From positions 11,718,001 to 11,782,000 of the forward strand of contig OX597815.1 of NCBI GenBank assembly GCA_951406725.2: a stretch of DNA of 64,000 bases. The letters run 5' to 3'. Shown piece by piece: positions 1-12,179 of the stretch. Made by a program: the position numbers and the translations under genes. Under the pieces are notes generated by a model that was not told the DNA's origin, made no database searches, and saw nothing but the letters and a program-made list of their open reading frames with translations. The stretch comes from Octopus vulgaris. Its lineage: Eukaryota. How positions within the stretch are numbered: position 1 is the first letter of the stretch; every line of letters begins with the position of its first letter.

Positions 1-553
1 AGGAATGATTTTTAGCATTTCATCATTAATATGGTGAACAGTTTTATTCCTCGGGGCCAGAATAGCCCTTTGGCCAATCCAATCCATATTCTGATAATTA
101 GCTTGTAGATCTGCGAACATTGCATCTCTGAGATCAGAAGGCGTTTTAACAATGGTACAAATGGAATCGATGGCAATATTACCATTTTCATCCCCTGGTA
201 TTTTGCCTTCGCCAAGTTGAGAGTTAAAAAGGTCGAGTTGCGTCCCCTAGACAGTCTGTACCAGGAATAGCTAGATATTGATGGAGTTGAAAGTTAAAAA
301 GGTCGAGTTGCGTCACCTAGACAGTCTGTGGTTTGTGTTTCTGATTCTCGACCCCATGTCAAATTTATCGATTTTTTTCAGAACTGGGGGAACTTTTCAA
401 AATTTTCGCTGCGTTAGTTTTGAATTATGACATTGGGCTATGTGTGTGTCAAGTTTCATCAGAATCGGTTGAAAGTCGTGGTCAGGGTGAGGGCACAACC
501 TAACAGACACACAGACACGCACACAGACAAACTGCCGTTTATATAGAGAGAGA
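1..553 (-). mobile_element. Helitron, internally deleted (5' terminus joined to PIF1-type helicase fragment); runs off the window edge
   Basis: Minus-strand 216..1, in a frame not listed in the ORF track, reads LGEGKIPGDENGNIAIDSICTIVKTPSDLRDAMFADLQANYQNMDWIGQRAILAPRNKTVHHINDEMLKIIP (RAILAPxN..V..IN motif of Helitron helicases). Minus strand starts A|TCTCTCTCTATATAAAC at 553, a typical Helitron 5' TC end. Confidence 0.85.
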
Positions 554-1532
554 TGATATCTACGGTTTTAAGACTAACGCATTGTAGTCACTCTTAAAAA
601 TCAAATAGTTTATCTCAAGTATAGTAGAGGCAGATTACTTCAACCACCCACCTCAGATTAATAGATATTGAGAGGTAAGGCAAAGCATAGGTACCATCAA
701 AACAATGAGAACCGTAGGTGTTGGACTTCGAGTAGTGAAATATGAGAACTATCAACATCATCGAAAATATGATTTTCTTTCATAACTTGCAAGAACAATA
801 TTCAATCAATAGTATTTTTGATGTATGACTCATAAAACGACGACTGCCAATAAACAGACACAATTGGAGCTGTACAATGTTCTTGCCTATAGCTATTAGC
901 TGTATAAAGAAAATCTGACTTGTACTATATTGAGAAACTGGGTTATGAAGCTTTCTGAATGGAGGGGAACTACTTGAAGACTCTTCCCCCCATTTTGCGC
1001 ATGATTTCATACCATTGAAAACGATCCAGGTATGTTACCTCTAAGCAGTTACTTTCCACATTAAACTGCAGCCAAATTTCGCCCAGTTATATCCGACACA
1101 TTTAAATAAAGTTTATGTTCGACCATTTATTCGTAGTATTACAAAAATGCAATATTGCCTCGACTGGAATTTCTTTGATTATAGTTTTAATCGATTGAAG
1201 CAGACTTAGGACCAAAAAGGAACATGATCGAGCACACCTGCAAGGGTTTTACAAAGGCTGCGAAATGAAGTTTGAACTTGTCATGGATGTATGTATGTAT
1301 TCATACACCCATATCTATCTCTTCTCTCTCTCTCTCTCTCTCTCATTGATAACTGAAAATCCCTCGAACTTATTTGTTGCTGCCATTGAGCTACAATTAA
1401 ACTTTTTCCGCATGAAATGAAAAATAGAATATATTCGATCATACAGTTCTATGCTTAATAGATGAGGAATTATGTTTATCATTTACATTAATTACAATTG
1501 ACGGATATTTGTCCTCATCTTCTTTGTTGGTA

Positions 1533-1576
1533 ACACAACTTTTCGGCTGATAAATCCTCCAGCCTTCATCAGGTGT
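1533..1576 (-). ncRNA. Type I hammerhead ribozyme-like motif
   Basis: Minus strand ACAC-CUGAUGA-A-GGCUG-(10 nt)-CAGCC-GAA-AAGU-U-GUGU: intact core, helix II and helix I pair; minimal helix III carries one substitution. Confidence 0.65.
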
Positions 1577-1627
1577 CTTGGGGGAAATTTCAAACCGGGG
1601 TTCCTGAGGTATTTTTCGACGTTGTTG

Positions 1628-1692
<65 letters not shown>

Positions 1693-1731
1693 GTTATTTT
1701 TTTTTTTCAGGTCACTCGAAATTTCCCCAAG

Positions 1732-1774
1732 ACACCTGATGAAGTTGGAGGGCATATCATCCGAAACGTTGTGT
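1732..1774 (+). ncRNA. Type I hammerhead ribozyme-like motif
   Basis: ACAC-CUGAUGA-AGUUGG...CAUCC-GAA-ACGU-U-GUGU: intact core, palindromic ACGU minimal helix III, helix II weakened. Confidence 0.6.
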
Positions 1775-2044
1775 TAACAACAAACAAGATGTGGACAAAT
1801 ATCCATCAATTGTAAATAATATGGATAATGTAAATTCGATTAGTCCCCCAAGAAATAGTAGGACTTTTAGCAAAAAAGGAACTCACTAGTAGAAGAGTGA
1901 TCCCTTATATCTCCCCCTAGTTGAAAATGACAGGAAAGCACTGATATATTCCGGAGGAGATTAAAGATTTTCGAAAACAAAATACGGAGCCCAGGTCAAG
2001 CGTGGATTCCCTGGCTGTCGGCTGTAATAAAAACAATAAGGATG

Positions 2045-2452
2045 GTTCCAAATTTTGCCAGAAATGCAGCAATTTTTTGGGGGAAAGGATGAGTCGATTA
2101 CATCGACTCCAGTGTTCAATTGGTACTTATTTCATGGACCCCAAAAGATAAAAGGGAAAGTAATTTTTGGAGTAATTTGAACTCAAAACGTAGCAACAAT
2201 TGAAATACCCCTAAGTATTTTGCTTGGCGTGCTAACGATTCTGCCAGCTCGCCGCCTTAATCCTTGACATTTTGGAGGAGGAGACCAGTCAATTAAATCG
2301 ACACCAGTGTTTCACTGGTGACTAATTTATCCCTCCAGAAAGGATGAAAGGCAAAGTCGACCTCGCCGGAATATGAAATTAGAACCTAGCGACGGGCAAA
2401 ATACCACTAAACATTTCACCCGGCATGATAACGATTCTGTCAGTTCACCGCC

Positions 2453-2454
<2 letters not shown>
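2045..2454 (-). mobile_element. Two adjacent Nin/Deu-domain tRNA-derived SINE copies
   Basis: Reverse complement matches the family at 12180 and 36493 (ggcgagctggcagaatcgttagc...gtcgactttgcctttcatcc). Confidence 0.75.
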
Positions 2455-2529
<75 letters not shown>

Positions 2530-2567
2530 TATAATAATAATAATGATGATGATAATAATAATAATAA
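2455..2567. repeat. (AAT)n microsatellite
   Basis: Direct observation. Confidence 0.98.
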
Positions 2568-3411
2568 GGCTAAGAAGGATTATATTCACAGATACGACAG
2601 AGTCGGGACATATATAGACTGGAAGCTCTGCCAACAATATTGAATAACAACAGAAAGGTCACAGAGAATGGGATATGCCAATACATACAGATCGAGAAAT
2701 CAAGGCTAATAGGCCGGATATAGTTGTCAAAGTTCACAAAGAAAAAAGTGCTTTTTAATCAATACCAACAGATGTCAACGCTTCTCTAAAAGAAACGGAG
2801 AAAAGTTCCAAAATACAAAGATCTGGAAATATAGGTAACTCGAATATGGAGCCTAAAAAGAGAAATAATTGCTATTATAGTAGGCCCGTGGTTCCATAAG
2901 TGGGCGGTACAGCCCCCTGAGGGCGGTGGAAAGGTCTAGTGTGGATGGGGCGTTGAAAGAAAATGGGTCAGTAACGGGATGACCAACGCAGTGTAATGGA
3001 TTTCAAAACAACAAAATAACGGGTTAGGTTTAGTTTTATATGTGGAATACTGTTGTTTTGAATTTGCTTCAGAAAATAGTCTATGCCTGTGATGGTGAAT
3101 GGAGGCGTTTACTAGGAATGTGGTACCACAAACCAGCGGGCGACAGCCTGAAAATGTTTTGAAACCATGTGGTTCGCGCATTAGATGTGGTATAAAAAAC
3201 ACATTTAAGCAATTACATAACGAAACCACCAGGACTAACAAGTATTTATAGCATGCAGAAAATAGCACTACTAGGCACCGCACACATCCTACGTAAAATA
3301 CTTTCAGCACAGGGAAAATAAGAGCTCCACAGCAAAGCACAGCACATACCCAACGCACAAAGAGCTGCGCTCGGTAGTACAGTGAAAGCACGTGATAAAA
3401 TATGACAACTG
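2568..3411 (+). mobile_element. 5'-truncated RLE-type non-LTR retrotransposon (R4/Dong-like) in (TAA)n, interrupted by an insertion
   Basis: AKKDYIHRYDRVGTYIDWKLC, TDREIKANRPDIVVK and QKIALLGTAHILRK across frameshifts; homologous to 56654-57530; flanked by (AAT)n on both sides. Confidence 0.85.
2886..3171. mobile_element. Degenerate hAT/Charlie-like MITE inserted into the RLE element
   Basis: Starts ccgtggttccataagtgggcggtacagcccc (resembles CAGTGGTTCCCAAA-type ends) and ends ttttgaaaccatgtg. It splits the host at gtaggc|gcattag, which is contiguous (gtaggtgcattag) in the 56.9-kb copy. No clear TSD. Confidence 0.5.
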
Positions 3412-4134
3412 AATAATAATAATAATAATAACTCGTAGAAAATTAAAAACATATTACTTATCCATGAAACACAGTTTCTAATCTCTTTTTTAAATATTAT
3501 TCTCCTCATCAGAAATTTGTTAGGTCGTCAACAATAACGATATATTAATCAGAAATAATATTCAAAAATATATTTGGGAAATAAAACAATTCAAACCATA
3601 TCTTCGCTCTGGTATTAGATATATTAATAGTTTTATCTTAATGACTAGAGGCATTTATGTTGTTTTATAGACGTAGCGTATTTATATGAGTCAATGATAA
3701 ATCACAAAACAACTGTTAAATTCCAACAATAAAATCTGTATGAAAATACTATAAAATTATTTAAAATATTCTCGATATATTTTGATATTTAAAATTGTAA
3801 TAATGAAAGCTCACAAAATACCGCGTGTGTGTGCATCTGTTCTTGAGATGCTTAAGGTAGAACGCTTTGCGCTGTGAAAATAATAAACGAAAAATATTAT
3901 TTGTACACAACAACTAAAAATCATTTTATTACAGATTTTACGAGCGAGTAATATAACTTGATTCATTAGTATGAAATAGGAAAATGAAATAGGAAGATCA
4001 AGTTCTCTCGTCGTCAGATATTTATCCAGTGCATTTTCCATTTTTGTCTGTAAATTGATAGGTGTGTATTTTTTTGTATTAGCTACAAACTCTAACATAG
4101 CAAATGATCAAATTGAAATATATATATATATATA

Positions 4135-4302
4135 GGCGCAGGAGTGGCTGTGTGGGGGTAAGTAGCTTGTCTACCAACCACATGGTTCCGGTTTCAGTCC
4201 CACTGCGTGGCATCTTGGGTCTTCTGCTATAGTCCCGGGCCGACCAATGCCTTGAGATTGGATTTGGTAGACGGAAACTGAAAGAAGCCCGTCGTATATA
4301 TG

Positions 4303-4343
<41 letters not shown>

Positions 4344-4529
4344 TTGTCCCCTAGGATTGCATGACAACCGATACTGGTGTGTTTATGTCCCCGTTACTTA
4401 GCGGTTCGGCAAAAGAGACCGATACAAAAAAATAAGTCCCGGGGTCCAGTTGCTCGATTAAAGGAGGTGCTCCAGCATGGCCGCAGTCAACTGACTGAAA
4501 CAAGTAAAAGAGTAAAAGAGTAAAAGAGA
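4135..4529 (+). mobile_element. tRNA-derived CORE-like SINE (family A) with internal (TA/TG)n
   Basis: A/B-box-like head ggcgcaggagtggctgtgtgg...ttcagtcccact and tail catggccgcagtcaactgactgaaacaagtaaaag; seven copies in the window. Confidence 0.9.
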
Positions 4530-4999
4530 TATATTCTGGCAAAGACTTCGTGTATATTTCCTCGTACCATGGAATATCAATGGGTATTATATATTTAAAT
4601 TTACAGCATGCCTCATGCGTAATATGCTGTAAATTTTACAAATTATGATTAATAATTATACACACACGCGCACACACGCACACAGCAAGAGAGAGAGAGA
4701 GAGAAAAGAGAGAGAGAGTGAAAATAGCTTATTATATTATCATAAATATTAATAAAAAAATTAGCATGATTAAACATAGATACGTAAAGAAACAGAGAGA
4801 GACACACACGTTCGTAACATTCAAGGCGCATCAACTAGTAGAACATCGTAAATGGTTTCGTACTACAACATAGACCTCAATGAAGACATCAAATGTTGGT
4901 GGGATGCCATAGATATGCAAATATCAAATCCAAGTTATTTGCCATAAATCCGAGTGAGGCTCACTTTAATAGGTTAATTCACATGCCTTAAACCATTAT

Positions 5000-5229
5000 A
5001 ATGTGTGCGTATGTGGAAGTAAATCTTTATGCGTGTGTAATTGACTGGGTGATTCCCATGTTGCAAGTGTTTTGTGTTTCCTTGTTTTTTCTGTGTCTCT
5101 TTCTGTAGAAGAGCGTAGGCTCGAAATGTAAAATACTTTTTCTATTTCTATTCCTGAGCGTTATACTAATACATCTGTTTGTTTTCTACACCACCTGTCT
5201 TCGTCTTTTCTTTATTTCGTAAACTCTCC

Positions 5230-5230
<1 letters not shown>
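5000..5230 (+). mobile_element. Penelope-like terminal fragment with hammerhead-like motif at 5103-5130
   Basis: CUGUAGA-A-GAGC-GUAG-GCUC-GAA-AUGU-A; ends in (TA)n; downstream ttcctgagcg...aatac resembles the 9.1-kb unit. Confidence 0.5.
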
Positions 5231-5296
<66 letters not shown>

Positions 5297-5298
<2 letters not shown>

Positions 5299-5475
5299 AA
5301 TTAAGGAGTGAACACGAAAAGTGGACAGTCAACATGCTAGATATAGACGTCAAATCGCCATTCTCCACAAAAGATTATGTTCTCAAATCAAACTCAATCT
5401 TTTGTAGAGAATGACGATTTGACGTCTATATCTAGCATGTTGACTGTCCACTTTTCGTGTTCAGTCCTTAATTGG
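5297..5475. repeat. 80-bp-arm inverted repeat (hairpin) with 19-nt loop, adjoining (TA)n
   Basis: 5297-5376 versus 5396-5475: three mismatches in 80 bp. Confidence 0.95.
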
Positions 5476-5560
5476 TATATATAAATATTTTAATCTTCGG
5501 ATTCTTTTTAATATGCTAGACCACTGGTTTTAATTGATAAATATCGATTTCTACCCTTTA

Positions 5561-5654
<94 letters not shown>

Positions 5655-6139
5655 ACACATACACACACATATATATATATATATAGTAAATCGAGTTGCC
5701 ATATCAAATTGGGAGCTGAATGTTACTACAAGTTTAGCTTCACACAGATATTCCGTCAGCTGGTTTTCGATGCAAAGTTCAGCATCCTTTCTTTATATAC
5801 ACTGTTTTGTATATAAATGTATTATAAGTACAATGTATTGTCTATTTATATAGAACGTATTGTATATATTGTATTATATACAATGTATTGTAGTACGTTT
5901 CATCGAATACCAGTTGGTGGAGAATCTACCTGGGGCATTACTAATAGCAGCATTCACCTGCCACTTTGATGTAGCAATTTGATTTACTGTTTAGTGCATG
6001 TTACTACTCTATTTCGTCTCGAAATTTTATAACTAGCTACTTTGCTTACACATCCACACACACAAACGCACAGACACACACATACACACATATCTAAATT
6101 TGTATGTGTGTGTGTGTGTGTATGTATGCTAATCTCACC

Positions 6140-7080
6140 AGACAAAAACTCGATAACATCACCATTCTCATTAAATCTTTTTACCACTTCTTGCAATTTA
6201 GCTCTTCCGTATCCGATTAGTTATCTCGACATCTCGATCACTATTAACGTACTGGCCTATCTATTTCTCTCCACTTTAAGCCTAATGATTTTCATTTCTA
6301 GGTCCTCTGCACTTACACTCATCACAAGCATTCTAAATCTGCCATATTATTTTCCAAGTTATTACACTTGTGAACCGGTTTTCAAAAATCCAATTCACAG
6401 ACACGTCATTTCTTCAAGAATGGTTGGTATTCTAATTCAATTGCGGTCTCAGAAATCCACCAAATTCAAGGCCGTGCTTCGTCAGCGTTTTTATTATGCA
6501 TTCCTACACACTGTATTCTTCACAATCTCATCTCCCATCATCCATCTTCCCATCGAACCACAACTTCCAGATTATAGTTTCTGACCCATAAACATGCCAG
6601 GTTTGTTGCACCACCTTGCCGCCTTCGAAAACGTTTAGTTGAAACATTGAAACAGGAATTTTAATTGCGCTCGCCGACGAAAAAGTACCTCCATTACATT
6701 GAAAACACTGGGCTTTAAAATCTAGTGTTTACAAAACAAACCTCTATTACATGCTTTCCAACCACATTTCTTGCATCATTTGAAACATTTCTGCGACGCA
6801 CATTATATTGGTAATAAGTGTCTATCGCTGTTCCATTCGCTTTCGGGAGCAAATTCTAAGTACATCATTACAAATCTGTAGTGGCGAACGCTTTCAGGCG
6901 GGTAATGGGCTGGTCCACTACTAATAACTAGTGGACTGTCAGTAGGGTGGACCGTCACAGCCGTGTTCAGACCAGTCCCGTAGAGGAGATGAAATACGTC
7001 TTCATCATGGGACATATCAGTGGCGACGAGGATTCGAACAATATCGCAACTGACATGAAAATTTAAATTCCTACCCATCG
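6140..7080 (-). pseudogene. Possible heavily decayed retroelement ORF1/gag-like remnant
   Basis: Higher-complexity, more GC-rich block; near 6590-6650 the minus strand gives QCFN*...AARWCNKP, reminiscent of a broken zinc knuckle. Confidence 0.25.
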
Positions 7081-7373
7081 CATTTTTTGTCTTAAATCTG
7101 TCGTTTTAAAATACAGACAGTCCGAATCTACCATTCGATTCTCTTTATGATTTCCAAATAATTCTTAAATACTTCAAAATCAAAATTCCGTAAGTATGCG
7201 TGACAGAAACAGTAGTTAAAAATTAAGGGAATAGATTTTGGGAGGTATTTTATCATGACTGACTTTTATTCCATTATTCTAATATCTTCTGAAACTTATA
7301 CATATACATGTATAAAGGAACGTATATAAATATATACACACACATACATTTTCAGAGTTTTATATATCTCTTA

Positions 7374-7458
<85 letters not shown>

Positions 7459-7470
7459 CTGTGTATCTAT
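7374..7470. repeat. (TCTA)n microsatellite
   Basis: Direct observation. Confidence 0.97.
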
Positions 7471-7588
7471 CTATATATATGTGTGTGTGAGTGTGTATAG
7501 AAAATTTAATCAAGAAATATTAAATTTATAAATATATATATATTTGTGTATGTATATACATACATATATATATATATATATTTGTGTA

Positions 7589-7636
<48 letters not shown>

Positions 7637-7846
7637 TAAACATATATAAATAAATTGGCATATCTTGTGGCCCAAAGATTTGCTTCTTGGTAACCTTGAG
7701 AAAATCTAATATTTCTTGATTAAATTTGCTACAAATATGCTTCCGATCGTGTAGATCCAGATTAAATTGGAATTCATTGTAAAAACCGTTTGTCCCTAAA
7801 GTAGTTTTAGAAAATTCACACCATTAGCCTTTGTTTCATATATATA

Positions 7847-7911
<65 letters not shown>

Positions 7912-9046
7912 GGGTATATAAGTATTGTTTTAATTATTTCATGATACTCACACATATACACCTAAAAAACTGGAACACTCGGTTACAACGATCACAAGTA
8001 TCCAAAACCTCTTCATCACTCTTCCAACTTCAGTTCTACTCTTAAAAAGAAAACTTTCGTCTAATTGGACTATACGTCGTACCACTGTACCTGTCTGATA
8101 ATATTGTCGATGGACATGTCGTATGTCACTGGCATTTCACATATAATGTCCAAGTGCATGTGAAAATGTTTGAAAACCGTTAATTGACTTTTTTTCCCTA
8201 AAAGTATTTAAAAATTATTTGGAATTTATAAAAAGAACCGATCTCTAATGTCCCTAATTTAAAACCACGAATTAAAAAAATACAGTTAGAGATGGGATAT
8301 TGAAAAGTAATATTCTTTTATGCATAATCGTATTAAATCCATTATGTAGAAGACCTAATCGAAAAGAAATTGTGAAAATTCGTAAAATAAAAGAAGTTAT
8401 GAGAGGCTGTAGCACAAGCTTACATCATAACTCCGCCCAAAACTCTTATTTAAATGTTGATTCTTTGGGACGAATCATATGCGATTGTTTAAAAAATGGC
8501 TTGAAGGACAATGATAAAATGTATTTGTAACAATGGACAAATGTCGAAATGTAATAACAGATGGGTAAATAAACATCCTTAAAGTGAAAAAACGCATTGG
8601 TAGGTAAACAAAGGTATAAACAAATAGAAGAGAGGGCAAGGGGCATCACCTTTCAAGTACCTGAGAGTAGGTATAGGTAAGCTTGCCAAAGTTTAATGTT
8701 GTTTAAATATGGAAATAAAAATTGTTTGGTGTTGGATATTCATCGTGCACAGTGTTCCGAGTCAATCTAATAAACGTCGCAGGTGGACACTCGAAATAAA
8801 TAAATAGACAAAATTCTTTCACTATTATAAAAAAGTTAAAAAGTATTGGAGACCCTAGATATAAAAAACAATGTGCGATTACGTCTATTTATGTGGGAGC
8901 TCTGGCTTACAGTGCATGAGCATCATTAGGAAATACATAATGTAAGTGTAAAGTTTGGTAAAAATTGGTTCAGAAAGAATTGCGGAAATGAATAGACATT
9001 ATACCGGCATATCACAACTTATTTATACTATATATAATATATATAC

Positions 9047-9079
<33 letters not shown>

Positions 9080-9287
9080 GACCTCGTGAGTACTGCTGGC
9101 GATTTGTTTCCTCTGTCTTCCCTTCTCGGGATCTTTCCTTCTCCTATGTTTCCGACGAAGAGCTCCGCTCGAAACGTTAAACCCTTCTTCTTCCCTTCTT
9201 TCCTGCGCGTCCAATACTACTTTATTTGTTCCACGTCCTCGCGTTGTTGTGTTTTTTTTTTGTGTTTTCTTGTTTGGATTAACTTCA
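9080..9287 (+). mobile_element. Penelope-like terminal fragment with hammerhead-like motif at 9148-9182, flanked by (TA)n
   Basis: GUUU-CCGACGA-A-GAGC-UCC-GCUC-GAA-ACGU-U-AAAC: helices I and II pair, core U4 changed to C. Confidence 0.55.
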
Positions 9288-9921
9288 TATATATATACAT
9301 GTGTGTGTGTCTGTGTGTGTATGTGTGTGTGTTTGTGTGTGTTGTATTTATGAGTGTGCACATGTGTGCACGTGGGTGTACACTAAATTTAACACAAAAC
9401 ACTGGTCGCTTCGAAGAATAACATACTTATCAGTGTAAGTACAAATATTTTGCATTGCTGGAAGGTCACACTAGATCACAGAACTTCTTGGCCACCCAGC
9501 AATATCTGCACCATATTCCACCTATATATACATAAGGAACTGATAAACTAACTGTAGTTTGCCAGTAGCCTTTATTGTGTCACTAAGTTACTAAATGACG
9601 AAAGCAACTGTTCGTAATAATTTGCAATTATTTATGTCCTGTCTGGTGAAAGACGAAAAAAAAAGAAGAAAATTGAGGTAATTAATATTGACTACGATTA
9701 ATTTGAAGAAAATATAACATTTGAGGCTTAAAGGTAAAACTGATCTTTAAACGAAGCAAGTGATAGCAAAGGTTGTACATCACATCAGGTTTATTGTTCT
9801 GTGCCTGTCTAGTCCCTCATTTCCTGTAAGTCACAGTAGCAAACCACGTATAGAATGTATGTATGTATGTATGTATGTATGTATGTATGTATGTATGTAT
9901 GTATGTATGTATGTATGTGTT

Positions 9922-9970
<49 letters not shown>

Positions 9971-9979
9971 ATATACATA

Positions 9980-10372
9980 GGCTCAAGAGTGGCTATGTGG
10001 TAAGTAGCTTGCTAACCGACCACATGGTTCCGGGTTCAGTCCCACTGCGTGGCTTCTTGGACAAGTGTCTTCTGCTATAGTCTCGGGCCGACCAATGCCT
10101 CGTGAGTGGATTTGGTAGACGGAAACTGAAAGAAGCCTGTCGTATATATGTGTGTATATATGTATGTGTGTGTGTTTGTCCCCCTAACATTGCTTGACAA
10201 CCGATGCTGGTGTGTTTACGTCCCCGTCACTTAGCGGTTCGGCAAAAGAGACCGATAGAATAAGTACTGGGCTTACAAAGAATAAGCCCCGGGGTTGAGT
10301 TGCTCAACTAAAGGCGGTGCTTCAGCATGGCCGCAGTCAACTGACTGAAACAAGTAAAAGAGTAAAGAGCAA
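9980..10372 (+). mobile_element. SINE family A (CORE-like)
   Basis: Full-length match to 4135-4529. Confidence 0.92.
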
Positions 10373-10394
10373 AATATATATATATATTTATCTT

Positions 10395-10427
<33 letters not shown>

Positions 10428-10430
<3 letters not shown>

Positions 10431-11254
10431 AAAACCACTGAACCATGACAGACTAGCCCAGAAACGAAAAAAGTCCTTTTAATTCCATATTGCTTTCTTA
10501 ATTCCACGTTTCTCTTCCTCACCCCAACCAACCTCCCACACTGACCCTTAAAATAGCAAACAATCGTTAGCTACACTCAAAATAAATTCTAGGAAGGCAG
10601 GTTGATTCGTCTCAAATTCATTGTACACTCTTAAATATATCTCCTTCTGTATATATATATATATATATACTACCAAACAATAGAAATTCTCTTCCACACC
10701 TAGAGACACGTGCGATCGGACTGAAAACTCTCATAGAGTGAGAAAGTTCGGAAGTGAACACTATAAAATTCTAACAATGGCCAGAATATTAAAAAAATAC
10801 CTTTAAAGATTAAATATATAAACAAATTATAAACGAGTCCGATCGCACGTGTCTCAAGGAGTGCTGGAGAAATTCTATTTTGGATATATCTGGGGTACTT
10901 CAGTGTTCTCATAACTCAGTGTTTGCTTCTTCCATTGGTGTAAGTAAGTATTTCATTTATTTCTTACCGTATTTATCGCAGACGAGGAGAAAATTCTTAT
11001 GAATTAACTCTGAAATTGGGACCGATACGATAATAACGGAATCTTTTAGAAATTTCTGTCGGCTTCCTTCCAGACGCCTGCTTATAGAGATAAATTATAT
11101 GGTTATAGACAATTTGTCTATTTTCTGCATATTTGCCATTATAATGTTTTTTTCTTTTGCATTTGTTTATAAGGAGTTTATAAATTTAACCTTTAAAGGT
11201 AATTTTTAATATGCTGGCCATTGATAGAAATTCTTTCGAAAAAATTTATCCTAT

Positions 11255-11258
<4 letters not shown>
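10428..11258 (+). mobile_element. Rearranged Penelope-family non-coding terminal region
   Basis: 10428-10620 matches 19635-19810; 11165-11258 matches 20133-20228; 11018-11170 matches 49860-50000 in reverse; degenerate hammerhead at 10974-11027. Confidence 0.55.
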
Positions 11259-11287
<29 letters not shown>

Positions 11288-12179
11288 GGGTGGTTTGAGT
11301 GCTATATATATATACATATCACTTTTTGTATATATGTAAGATTATATATACTTACAAACACATTCACCACACAGGCACATATACAAACACACGCACACAC
11401 ACATATATTTATGTATACAATCCTGTATTTTATAAATATGTTGTTCTGAGTTTGCAGGCCCACTCGTGTGTATGTTTGTATTTGATCTTAACAATATGAA
11501 CGTGAATATATATATAGTTTTTAAATAAATTAACTCCGATAACTATTAACCGATGAAAATACGTTATCTTCAACGCTTAATTTTCTTCAATTACCTTGCC
11601 GAGTTAACATCTTGGCTATTATCGTACATATTTCACTGAAGGCGTTTGTTTCTACTTGAAGTATTTTCTTTACTGATTAGAATTACAAAGTAGTCAATAC
11701 GTCTTAAGGGTAGATTTCTGATTATGAAGGAATAATTGTTTCACGTAATCGACCGACGACGTGCGAGTTAAGGATCATCTAGATCGGAATCTGACTCGTT
11801 ATGCATACGTATAAACAATATTACGGGAGAGAAATGCGGAGAGATTGTATAAGAGAGTGTGAGGATGGTAAACAGAGAGAGTGAGAGAGAAAAAGGATGA
11901 GTGAGGGACTGTGACAACTAGTCAGAATGAATATTACTCTAGCCACCTCCCGAAATTTTTCCTTACACACATGAAAATACATGCAAGCATACCTCTCTGA
12001 ATCCAGCTTCGGACGTGGAGGGAGAGCTAAGCAAATGTGCGCCGAAATAGGACGGGCTCAGCTTTTAATGATGGGATCACTGTTTGTGTGTGTGTGTATG
12101 TGGTCTTTTATTTACATCGGCTGTACCAATCACTCAGTTTATTCAGCATAAGAAGATGAAAGGTAAAGTCGACGCTGAC

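Larger units (their letters stand above)
1481..1837. repeat. Inverted repeat (~100-bp arms 1492-1591 / 1718-1815) around an (ATT)n tract; Penelope-like terminal sequence
   Basis: Arms are reverse complements with scattered mismatches, and each carries a CTGATGA...GAAA motif. Confidence 0.85.

Noticed and set aside
4135-4210. tRNA-like heads of the SINEs as tRNA genes
   Set aside because: No complete cloverleaf; they continue into SINE bodies and are multicopy.
6042-6584. 180-aa plus-strand ORF as a host gene
   Set aside because: It starts in a CA repeat with a non-ATG codon and has no recognisable domain; probably antisense to decayed retroelement sequence.
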